Origin: Octopus bimaculoides
Taxonomy: Eukaryota
Direction of reading: 5' to 3'
NCBI RefSeq assembly: GCF_001194135.2
Contig: NC_068989.1
Location: forward strand, 19,618,555-19,656,391
DNA: 37,837 nucleotides
Position numbers and translations under genes: made by a program. This document shows, in pieces, positions 11,947 through 22,334 of this stretch. Position 1 is the first letter of the stretch; each line of letters begins with the position of its first letter. The notes beneath the pieces were generated by a model that saw only the letters and a list, made by a program, of their open reading frames with translations, was not told the origin of the DNA and did no database searches.

Positions 11947-12340
11947 GTAGGCATAGGCATGACTGTGTGGTCAAGAAGCTTGCTTCCCAACTATGTGGTC
12001 TTGGGTTCAGTCCCACTCCGCAGCACTTTGGGGAAGTGTCTTCTATTATAGCCCTGGACCAATCAAAGTCTTGTGAGTGGATTTTGATAGAGGGAAACTG
12101 AAAGAAACTGATCATATATATCTATATCTTGTATGTGTGTGTGTGTTTTTGTTTGTGTTGTTTTCCACCACCACTTGACAACCACTGTTGGTGTTTATAT
12201 TACCATAATTTAGTGATTTGGCAAAATAAAAAAAGTACTAGTCTTAAAAAAAGTTCTAAGGTTGATTTGTTTAGCTAAACCCTTTAAGGCAGTACTCCAG
12301 TATGGCCACAATCCAATGACTGAAACAAGTAAAGGACAGG
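11947..12340 (+). mobile_element. Abundant tRNA-derived SINE (family A), diverged full-length copy
   Basis: Collinear with the copy at 12711-13123 (head gctgtgtggtaagaagcttgc, central microsatellite, tail atgactgaaacaagtaaa). Confidence 0.85.
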
Positions 12341-12419
12341 CAGAGACAAACTGATACTGATTTTTCAATTCATTCACTTTTACAAAAAGTTCCATGTATG
12401 CTTAGTCATGCTGCTAATG

Positions 12420-12625
12420 ATATTGGTTTCAAATTTTGGCACAAGGCCAGCAATTTCAGGGGAGAGGCTAAGTTGATTACATTGACCCCACAGTTGCATT
12501 GGTACTTATTTTATCGATCTCAAAAAGACAAGAGGCAAAGTTGACCTTGATGGATTTTGAACTCAGAATATGAAGATGGATGAAATATTACTAAGCGTTT
12601 TGGCTGCTCTGCTAACGCTTTTGTC
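12420..12625 (-). mobile_element. Nin-domain-like SINE, inverted relative to 11628-11835
   Basis: The reverse complement contains gagttcaaaatcc..aaggtcaactttgcctc..gagatcgataaaataagtaccaa. Confidence 0.7.
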
Positions 12626-12710
12626 AGCTTGCAGTCTTCATACTGCTAATAATATTGTTGAAAATTTTTCCTCTCACTTGAAAGAAATAGATTTTTAACA
12701 TTTCCATTAT

Positions 12711-13123
12711 AGGAGCAGGAGTGGCTGTGGTAAGAAGCTTGCTTACCAACCACATGGTTCTAGGTTCAGTCCCACTGCGTGGCACCTTGGGCAAGTGTCT
12801 TCTACTATAGCCTCGGGCCAACCAAAGCCTTGTGAGTGGATTTGGTAGATGGAAACTGAAAGAAGCCTGTCGTATATATGTATGTATTGTATATATATAT
12901 ATATGTGTGTGTGTGTATGTTTGTGTGTCTGTGTATGTCCCCCCCAACATCGCTTGACAACCGATGCTGGTGTGTTTATGTCCCTGTAACTTAGCGGTTC
13001 GGCAAAAAGAGACCGATAGAATAAGTACTAGGCTTACAAAGAATAAGTCCTGGGGTCGATTTGCTCGACTAAAGGTGGTGCTCCAGCATGGCTGCAGTCA
13101 AATGACTGAAACAAGTAAAAGAA
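12711..13123 (+). mobile_element. SINE family A, young full-length copy
   Basis: Head aggagcaggagTGGCTGTGGTaag..GGTTCAGTCCC, central (TA)n(TG)n, tail ctccagcatggctgcagtcaaatgactgaaacaagtaaaag. It is highly similar to the inverted copy at 35400-35882 and retains CpGs. Confidence 0.92.
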
Positions 13124-13546
13124 TTGCTGTGGTCAGTCTTATAAAAGCAATATGAGGGGATGTCTGACGAATTTCAAAAGAATGGCATTCTGAAGACGAC
13201 CACATTAGCTTACAAAGAGGAAATAAGAAGAAAGAGTAAGTACAATACAAAAAAATGAAGTTTTTATGATGGATCAGCACAGTAGACTGACTCATCAGGT
13301 TCAGCCTATGAAGTATTCCTTTTCAGTATCTTTCTACCTGTCATCAAGGTCTGTAAGAGCAGGGTCCAACTGGTACATATTTTCTGGGGCTGGAGAGCCA
13401 AAGAAGGGTCAGGGAATATTTGACAGACCCCTAAAAAAAAGAACTCCCCTCCCAGGTAGGTCTGAAGCAGTTATGTTCTGCTTTGCATAATTTCTCTAGG
13501 GAGGCTCTGCCTATCATTGATAGGCAGAGTCATGTAACACCTAGAG

Positions 13547-13880
13547 CAGGGGTTCTTAACCATTTTTATCTATAGACCCCTTTGATTACTATTTTTTTTC
13601 TGGTGGACCACCGTAGCCATTTAATGTTGAAGGACTAATTTTATATAAATTTCTTTCAACATTCCTATTTTGTTTTTCACACATTAACTTGTGTAGATGT
13701 CGGAGAATGAAACCAAGCTGTTTCTTGCAATCCATAAAAATACATACATCTAAAGCAAAATTTTTTCAGTGGTCCTTAAAATACTATTATGGATCCCAAA
13801 TTTACTATTTTGTTGTGTGGACCCCAAAAAATTTTATATGGAACATCAGGGGCCATATGGACCCTGGTTGAGAACAACTG
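13547..13880. mobile_element. hAT-like MITE
   Basis: Ends caggggttcttaacc / ggttgagaacaactg match hAT-type CAGGGGTTCTCAACC TIRs. No clean 8-bp TSD is visible. Confidence 0.7.
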
Positions 13881-14014
13881 AGAGTAAATGGATAGATATT
13901 TACTCAAAAGTGAACACAAAGGTGCAGGTATGGCTGTGTGTTAAGGTGGGGCCTCAGCATGGCTGCAGTCTAATGAGTGAAACGAGAAATAATAAATAAA
14001 AATATTGATCATCT

Positions 14015-14221
14015 ACATTTTACTTGTTTCGGTCATTGGACTGCAACAAAGCGACCCCAGTACATTTCTTAAAGGCTGGTATTTATTCTATTGGTCTCTC
14101 TTACTGAACCACTACGTTGTGGAGATGTAAACAAACCAATACCAGCTGCCAAGTGGTGGTGGGGGCAAACACAAAGCTTTGGGATTGGATTTGGTGGATA
14201 GAAATTGAAAGAAGCCAGTTG

Positions 14222-14252
<31 letters not shown>

Positions 14253-14470
14253 ATGTATATGTATATATGTGTGTGTCTGTTTGTTCTCCACCACTGCTTG
14301 ACAACCAGTGTTGGTATGTTTATGCCCTCCAACTTAGTGGTTCAGCAAAAGAGACCAATAAAATAAGTGCCAAGCTTAAAAAAAGTACTGGAGTTGATCC
14401 GTTCAACTAAAATTCTTCAAGGTGGTGCTCCAGCATGGCCGTAGTCTGATGACTGAAACAACTAAAAGAT
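14015..14470. mobile_element. Two partial SINE family A copies in divergent orientation
   Basis: About 14015-14175 is a minus-strand 3' half; about 14185-14470 is a plus-strand middle and 3' half. Confidence 0.8.
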
Positions 14471-14825
14471 ACATAATTTTAGCAAACCCCAAAGACATGA
14501 GGGTCTAAGGCTTTTCTGTTTTATCTATACCCATTTCCTACCCAATTTACTCTTGCGAAAAGTGAAGTTGTTAAACTAGAACCAGTTGGATGGACTGTAC
14601 CTTTCATTTAAAAGCCAAACCTTGTCACACACATTGTCATAATTAATCAGACAGGAGATTACGTTAAACGGTACAAATATTTGTGGAATATTCAACTACA
14701 TACTATAAGGTAGTTCTGATAATTAAACAACTGAAAGTTCGCCCAAAAGGGACGCAAAGTCCATTCCTATGCTCAGCAAATGAATAGGTATATGTACACA
14801 ATTGTGCCTCATCGACTTGGTTTCT

Positions 14826-15502
14826 TAACTTTCAGAAAAATGGATACTTTTTTAATGAAATTTTCTACAAGTACCTTTTAGATGGTGTAAATTCCGATAT
14901 CAGAATTTGATGTGGAAAGAAATTTCAAAATTTCAAGTTTCATTTTGTAAATCTGTCTGTGACACTTTTTCCCCCTTCCCACATCCTAGATGCTGAGGTA
15001 AATGGGAGGGTCACTGTTTCCGTAGCTGAACGGAACAAAATCCTTAAGTATCGGGACCTGGTATCGAACTACCTCTTCCCACCTGTGGCGTTTGAGACGT
15101 TTGGAGGAACTGCGTCACTAACCGCGAAGTTCTTGTCATCGTTGGCAGCTCGTCTCACCGAGGTGTCAGGTGATGCCCGTGAGGGCGCTTGGCTTTTCCA
15201 ACGCCTTAGCCTCGCCATCGCAATGCTTCAGTAGGTTCCGTTGAACCTTTTGGTGTGCGACTGACGGAAGCACTTGGTCCTGCATTGATGTTTTTCTTTT
15301 TTTTCTTCTTTTCTTTGACTCTCTTTTATAAATACTATATTGAATAAAGTATTATCTCACATATGTGATATGAACCAATATGTATGTGTGAGCAACCACC
15401 AACTTTTTCTTCACAATGAATTCCGATGTAACCGTAATCTACACCATCTGAAGGGTATTTGTAGGAAGTTTTATTAAAAGATACTTATTTTTCTGAAAGT
15501 TA
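14826..15502. mobile_element. Foldback-type DNA element with about 67-bp imperfect inverted arms, interrupted by a CRE-like insertion
   Basis: 14826-14893 (taactttcagaaaaat..tagatggtgtaaatt) is the reverse complement of 15436-15502 at roughly 75-80% identity. Confidence 0.55.
14970..15352 (+). mobile_element. 5'-truncated CRE-type non-LTR retrotransposon: restriction-like endonuclease C-terminus and 3' UTR
   Basis: AERNKILKYRDL..FPPVAFETFGG..FLSSLAARL..SGDAREGAWLFQRLSLAI, then a frameshifted (G)NASVGS, matches the CRE/Cnl1 motif AExxKxxKY..P.A.ETxG..FQRLSxAIQRGNA. GC- and CpG-rich; AATAAA at about 15342. Confidence 0.82.
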
Positions 15503-16475
15503 TGAAGAAACAAAACCGTGGTGGGGGGCACACTTGTGTAGGTATGCCAACAAATAATCTAATGTAATGTGACAGAATTGAACGAGTTGATTTTTAGAAT
15601 CATTTACCTTAATGTTAACATTCCATTCCTTCTTATTTATATATTTTCTTCTTACATAAAAACGGATTATTTAACAAAACATACAAATAATTTAGCTTTC
15701 ACTGAATTTAACTTGAATCTAAACCTCATTAAATAGAATATATTTTAAAGATTATGCATAATTGATATCTTCACATCCCCCCACCAAAAAAAAATTAAGT
15801 ATTCCGCCGAAACTGTATTAATAATTTTGTGTTAGTCCTAATCTTATGGTTGGTAAAAGTTTTTCTATAAACTTATCTATATCGACATTTTTCAAAGAAA
15901 ATACTTGTGTACACATATTACATAACACACACACACTTGCGCAAATAAAAATACATACTTACAGACTCGCATGTCTAGCGATTTAACTTGCATACAAACA
16001 ATTCATAAATTAAAACGAGATAAATGATATATGTCTACAATACTTAGAAAAAAAGTTATTTTTCTTTCTTGTCTATTGTTAATTTGCAATTTGTAAATTG
16101 AGGTGCTTCCCGCCCCCATCAACTCGAAGCGGGCACCAATCAACAAGTAAATCTAATTTATGTGACAAGTTGCGGCTTCCATAGACACTAATTCACGGTC
16201 GTTTTGTTACACACACACGCGCACACACTCACAGACACACATATATGTATATGTATGTTTCTGTGTGTATGTGTATTTATCTCCCTTTAGGATTCTTGCT
16301 ATAACTGCAAGATACCAAAACAACCTAAATTTTAGTTTGAAAACACAAATACACACGCACGCACATACATACACACACACACATACATACGCACATACAT
16401 ACACACATACATACCCAGACTGCACCCACTACACACCCACACTCATACAGACACGCGTACATTCCCACATACATT

Positions 16476-16513
<38 letters not shown>

Positions 16514-16636
16514 GTGACACATGTACCCACACCACACACGTATGTTTTATTGATACAATCTTACATTCGATCGTTATTTGTTGTGGTTCAACCGGTGATA
16601 CTATATTTCTTGCACACCTCCATCTCGTTTACTCTC

Positions 16637-17135
16637 NNNNNNNNNNNNNNNNNNNNNNNNNNNNNNNNNNNNNNNNNNNNNNNNNNNNNNNNNNNNNNNN
16701 NNNNNNNNNNNNNNNNNNNNNNNNNNNNNNNNNNNNNNNNNNNNNNNNNNNNNNNNNNNNNNNNNNNNNNNNNNNNNNNNNNNNNNNNNNNNNNNNNNNN
16801 NNNNNNNNNNNNNNNNNNNNNNNNNNNNNNNNNNNNNNNNNNNNNNNNNNNNNNNNNNNNNNNNNNNNNNNNNNNNNNNNNNNNNNNNNNNNNNNNNNNN
16901 NNNNNNNNNNNNNNNNNNNNNNNNNNNNNNNNNNNNNNNNNNNNNNNNNNNNNNNNNNNNNNNNNNNNNNNNNNNNNNNNNNNNNNNNNNNNNNNNNNNN
17001 NNNNNNNNNNNNNNNNNNNNNNNNNNNNNNNNNNNNNNNNNNNNNNNNNNNNNNNNNNNNNNNNNNNNNNNNNNNNNNNNNNNNNNNNNNNNNNNNNNNN
17101 NNNNNNNNNNNNNNNNNNNNNNNNNNNNNNNNNNN
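16637..17135. other. Assembly gap flanked by microsatellite-rich sequence
   Basis: Run of about 500 N. Confidence 0.99.
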
Positions 17136-18029
17136 ATATATATATATATATATATATATAATCATTTTGATTTCTGTTATCTAATATCTGACTGATTTTG
17201 TTATAGCTTTATCATGTCTTTCTTTTCGTCACATTCCTCTAATGGATTTCTCGGTCGCATCTTTCAGTGTTAACATCTCCCTTTTACTGTCTATGTCATA
17301 TCTCTGACATATATGTTTTATATATATATATATGTATGTCAATTATTTGTCCATTATTTATCGTTTTAATTTCTCCCTGTCTTACTTTTCTCCAGGACTT
17401 TCCTCTCTTTTCTCGCTTCATTTCCAACTTTTAATAATTTCATACGGGAAAGCTTACTGCATTAGTTAATGTTGAACTTCTCTATCTAAACTATACACTT
17501 ACAGACCTGTGCAGATACTCTTTTACTAGTTTTCAGCCAGTAGGCTGGGCCATGCTGGGACAGGCTGATAAATACATTGATGGATAGAAAGAATGTGAGA
17601 TATGAATAAATACTAACTTAGCGTTCACTAGTTAGGATGTATGAGTCTGTCTTTGGAATGGTAGCTGACATTTAATCCCAGTACGCGACAATACTAATAT
17701 GTAAATGGATTAGTTGACACATACATACAGACTCACCCATATTAACATGTGTATAGAAAGAGTGAGCGAGGGACAGATGTATATAAAGAAAATTAACTGT
17801 CAAATGGATAGATGGACGGATGCATGCATGGATGGATAGCTAAATAGCCAGATGGATGGATGGATAAATAGCTAGATGGATGGGTAGCTAACTACCTAGA
17901 TGGACAGAAAGATAGAAAGTTAAATGGATGGATGGCTAGATAGATAGATAGACAGACAAACAATTGACACGTATAGTTTTTCTCAACTGTTATGAGATGA
18001 CAGTTTTCGAAGGCGCCTCTTCGCGATCG

Positions 18030-18830
18030 TTTAATATGCTAAAGACAGTAGCTAACATCTACAGATCACACTCAGCTGTCTTGGAAAATGGTAAGGACAT
18101 ACCAAATAATGTAATACAAAGCACACCCCTAAAAGGACGGGATGGTCATAGCTAGAATGCTTTTGATCATAGGTCTGCTCGACCAGGGTTTACTTGCGGT
18201 TAAACAACAGTAACAAACATAAATAACAACATCCATCTTCACAATGCATCCATTCAGAATATCAACAGATAACAGTAGATTCATTTAATCAGTGTTATAT
18301 TTAATTTCAGACAGTAGTGAAGGAGCGGGGTGGATCGTAAATTGTCATTTTTTTTAAAACCCCAGGTCAGCCACAATCGAGCAGACCTATGAACAATTGC
18401 ATTCCAGCTGTGACCATTTCTCTTTTTCTATGTGTAGGGAGGGAATCTAGGGTCACATTATTCAACGCATGTTTATTTCTTTTTCTAAGGCAGTATAATG
18501 TAATTCGTGGGAGATTTAACTGCCATTTGTAAGAGGTCGAACGACTACGTAAGAGGCTGTCTCGTTGGCTCGTGAAAATAGTTGTGTGCTGCACTGGTGG
18601 CATCTAGCTCCCTACTGTTTCAAATTCACCAGGGTCAACAAAAGGAGAAGCCTATACGCAATTACTACAGCTAGAAATAGGTAAATCTGCCTCAAATCAC
18701 ACTACATCATATTAAAAAAAAACAAGTAGATGTATGTAGTTTTGACCAGATACACTAGTATGTTAGAATAAATGATGAGATGGTCACGACTGGAGCACCT
18801 CCGATCACATGTCTACTAGATTGAGATAAC
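18030..18830. mobile_element. Cluster of three copies of the ctgctagaaatagc family (+, -, +)
   Basis: About 18030-18220 (+), 18370-18600 (-) and 18660-18830 (+) share gatggtcatagctggaatg..ttgatcataggtctgctcga. Confidence 0.6.
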
Positions 18831-20570
18831 AAAATAGCTATAATTCCTCCGCCAAAAATAAATTTCATGTGTTATAAGAAAACGTTGTTGATAACGGGTT
18901 CCTTACGCGGCGCCTTTAGTAAAGAATAAAGCACAACTGTCAACCGACCTCAAACTACCCTTATAATAAATCCGCGGAGGATTCCTGTTTCAACGAGACT
19001 TTTACTATTAGACACCCTTTTCTTTGCAGTAGAGTTGATGAGAGCCGAGTACGTATTTCGGTCTCTATCTCTGATGGAAATCATTTTACACGAGGCGCCG
19101 GTCAAGCTTTTAAAACCTAAACCTTGCCCAGTCTTCTTTTCTAACCCCTTTAAATTCGAAGTCTTTTGTCTTATGTAAAGAATATATGTGTGCCCATTCT
19201 ATGTATTTATTTGATCCGAGTTTTCGGTTCTTTATGTATGTTTCTTTTACTTTTTAATTATTATAAATCTTCCACTGAGGAGGGAGCCGGTTTCCAATAA
19301 AGATACAAGGCTCCATCTTTGGGATGTAGTTAACACAGACAAATTTGTATGTATGTATGTATGTATGTATGTATGCATGCATGCATGTATGTATGTATGT
19401 ATGTACGTATGCATGTATGTATGTATATGTTACTGTGTCAACCAAACTGTTATACACTGTTGGTCACATTACACTTTCAATTCTTTCGTGATTTTACCGT
19501 TCTTTTCTATCTTATTATGCAATATATATTGCATAACGCCCTTCATTCCACCCCCACACCCGTTTACATATAAGTACATATATGTTTACCCATACACGTT
19601 TCGAAATCCTCCCCATCCCTCTTTGTAACACGTTTTGTATACCTTAATAACCGTGGGGGCAACAGCACTATTGATGTTCGACAACGGTAAAACTTTCGTC
19701 GAAATGAGTATGGAATCGTTTTAAACTCCTACTCTCATGTAATTTCACTTAAGGTCACTCATGTCTTTACCTCTTTTTACTCACCTTAGAATATGGAATC
19801 AGATGCTTTATACCTTAGAAACTTTTAATTATACTGTAATATAATTATTATCGGTTTGAGTGCTGTTCCTGGTATTGAACTTAGAAACTGTTTTAGCTCT
19901 TAAACGGAATAACAGTCGATGTATCAACAATCTGTAAATAAAAACTTGTCGGTTTTATTTCGTCTGGTCAAAACAACTGCTTATGGGTCCAGATATTAAG
20001 TTTATAAGCCTCTTAACAAGCTAGATGTTAGTACTAACCAGACTTTGGTACTGTTTTGTGAAAGGAATCTACTTAGATCTAACAGCATAATCGCCTATTG
20101 TCTTCCTTTGACGGGTGGATGGAATCGGGTTGCAAAACTTAATCGTTTTTACCTAAAAATCATATTTAAATACTCATTTCTTCAGTTTTTAAACCCCAGG
20201 CCAGCCACAATCGAAGGTTTTCATTATATTACATAGTAATTATTAATTGAATTAAATGAGAATTAACATCGATTACATATTTGATTACTTAAACAGTTAA
20301 TTATTTCGACACCTAAATGCTCCCATATGTTAAAACAATCGTTCTTCAAAGCTAATTAATACTTTTCTGCATTGTATAGTATTATTTATATGGCTTTTGT
20401 TTGTAGGAAGTTTTGCAGATGTTATTTAACTTACAAAATGTAACTAGCAGACGGTTGAACAGTATGTGCTCTGTGCTGTATGTTGCGGTTGAGGAAAAAA
20501 ATATTTTGGTCAGAATTGGAAGACTTTCTCAATAACTTTTCTTTTTGTGTGTGGGTGCGTGTTTTAATGA

Positions 20571-20605
<35 letters not shown>

Positions 20606-20737
20606 TTACACACACACACACACATAAACATATGTATGTTTATGTATATATATGTATATGTAAGTACATATATATGTGTGTATGTATATATGTATATATA
20701 CATATGAATATGTATCTATGTATATATATATGTATAC

Positions 20738-20796
20738 GTATTCTTTTATTCTTTTACTTGTTTCAGTCATTTGACTGTGGCCATGCTGGAGCACCA
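20738..20796 (-). mobile_element. SINE family A 3' tail fragment
   Basis: cttttacttgtttcagtcatttgactgtggccatgctggagcacc; a similar tail lies at about 7510-7545. Confidence 0.8.
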
Positions 20797-20829
20797 TGTA
20801 TATATATGTATGTGTGTGTGTGTGTGTAT

Positions 20830-21127
20830 NNNNNNNNNNNNNNNNNNNNNNNNNNNNNNNNNNNNNNNNNNNNNNNNNNNNNNNNNNNNNNNNNNNNNNN
20901 NNNNNNNNNNNNNNNNNNNNNNNNNNNNNNNNNNNNNNNNNNNNNNNNNNNNNNNNNNNNNNNNNNNNNNNNNNNNNNNNNNNNNNNNNNNNNNNNNNNN
21001 NNNNNNNNNNNNNNNNNNNNNNNNNNNNNNNNNNNNNNNNNNNNNNNNNNNNNNNNNNNNNNNNNNNNNNNNNNNNNNNNNNNNNNNNNNNNNNNNNNNN
21101 NNNNNNNNNNNNNNNNNNNNNNNNNNN
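20830..21127. other. Assembly gap
   Basis: Run of about 298 N. Confidence 0.99.
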
Positions 21128-21487
21128 ACCATTTTGAGCGTGGCCGTTGCCAGTCATACTGTACTGGCAACGGCCACGCTCAAAATGGTGTATTTTATGT
21201 GCCACCCGCACAAGAGCCAGTCCAGCGGCACTGGCAACGATCTCACTCGAAAATCCTACGAAGGCCAGTCAGGCGGTACTGGCAACAGCCACGCTCAAAA
21301 TGGTGTATTTTATGTGCCACCTGCACCAGAGCCAGTCCAGGGGCACTGGCAACGATCTTGCTTGAAAATCCTACGAAGGCCAGTCAGGCGGTACTGGCAA
21401 TGGCCACGCTCAAAATGGTGTATTTTATGTGTCACCCACACAAGAGCCAGTCCAGGGGCACTGGCAACGATCTCGCTTGGAAATCCT
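21128..21487. repeat. 115-bp GC-rich tandem repeat (about 2.8 units) preceded by a 27-bp perfect inverted copy
   Basis: actggcaa..ccacgctcaaaatgg starts at 21163, 21278 and 21393 (period 115). 21128-21154 is the exact reverse complement of 21163-21189. Confidence 0.92.
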
Positions 21488-21566
21488 TACACATGTCACG
21501 AGCACAAGTGCCAGAAAGGCGACGCTGGGTACAGGTGCTATCCCGATTTCGCTTTCGCTTGCCCCG

Positions 21567-21945
21567 AAGCATGCTTCCCAACCACATGGTTTGGGGTTCA
21601 GTCCCACTGCATAGCACCTTGGGCAAGTGCCTTCTACTATAGCCACAAATCAACCAAAGCCTTATTAGTGGATTTGGTAGACAAAAACTGAAAGAAGCCC
21701 CTTGTATATATGTGTATACATATCTATGTGTGTGTGTCTTAGTGTTTGTGCTTGTTCCACTACCACCGCCACTTGACACTCGGTGTTGGTGTGTGTATGT
21801 CCCCATAACTTAGCAGTTTGGCAAAAGATATTGATAGAGTAAGCATTTAAAAAATAAGCAGTGAGGTTGATACATTCAAAGAAAAATTCTTCTAAGCAGT
21901 GCTTCATCATGGCCAGTCTAATAACTGAAACAAGTAAAAGATAAA
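21567..21945 (+). mobile_element. SINE family A, diverged copy lacking the extreme 5' end
   Basis: gcttcccaaccacatggtttggggttcagtcccactgc..actgaaacaagtaaaag. Confidence 0.85.
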
Positions 21946-21960
21946 AAAATATATATATAT

Positions 21961-22235
21961 CTGTTCTATATTTAAGAGATGAGGAATTATGTACATTATT
22001 TACATTATTTACAATTGTTGGACATTTGTCCTCATCTTGTTTGTTGTTAACACAACGTTTCGGCTGATATACCCTCCAGCCTTCATCAGGTGTCTTGGGG
22101 AAATTTTGAACCTGGGTTCTCATTCGTAAGGTTTTTTTTTTGGTGTTATTATTATTATTATTATTAAGGTAACTGACTGGAATCGAACTTGGAATCTTGG
22201 GGTTAGTAGCCTGCGCTCTTAACCACTACGCCATA
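21961..22235 (-). mobile_element. tRNA-headed SINE-like element carrying a hammerhead ribozyme
   Basis: A box TGGCGTAGTGG (22233-22223), B box GTTCGATTCC (22188-22179), an (AAT)n spacer, a hammerhead at 22094-22049 and an (aaataatgt)n tail. Confidence 0.75.
22049..22094 (-). ncRNA. Minimal type I hammerhead ribozyme (Penelope-type, dimer-dependent)
   Basis: GACAC-CUGAUGA-A-GGCUG-gaggguauau-CAGCC-GAA-ACGU-U-GUGUU. The core is intact, stem II is 5 bp, stem I is 5 bp with one G-U pair, and a palindromic ACGU replaces stem III. Confidence 0.78.
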
Positions 22236-22298
22236 TGATGAGGACAAATATCCGTCAAATATAAATAATGTATATATATATATTAATGTGTATATATA

Positions 22299-22334
<36 letters not shown>

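Noticed and set aside
13150-13240. Exon-like segment ending in AAGA|GTAAGT
   Set aside because: No plus-strand acceptor, since the upstream sequence is a SINE tail. The competing minus-strand reading is equally weak.
16265-17165. The longest ORFs in the track (also 20545-21691 and 27550-27930)
   Set aside because: Their length comes from N runs plus simple or tandem repeats.
21128-21487. CRISPR-like array
   Set aside because: Whole 115-bp units are repeated with no unique spacers, there are no cas genes, and the context is eukaryotic.
22165-22240. Functional tRNA-Ser gene (ACT in the anticodon-like loop)
   Set aside because: A and B boxes are intact, but there is no pairing acceptor stem and the T stem is broken. 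It is a SINE head.
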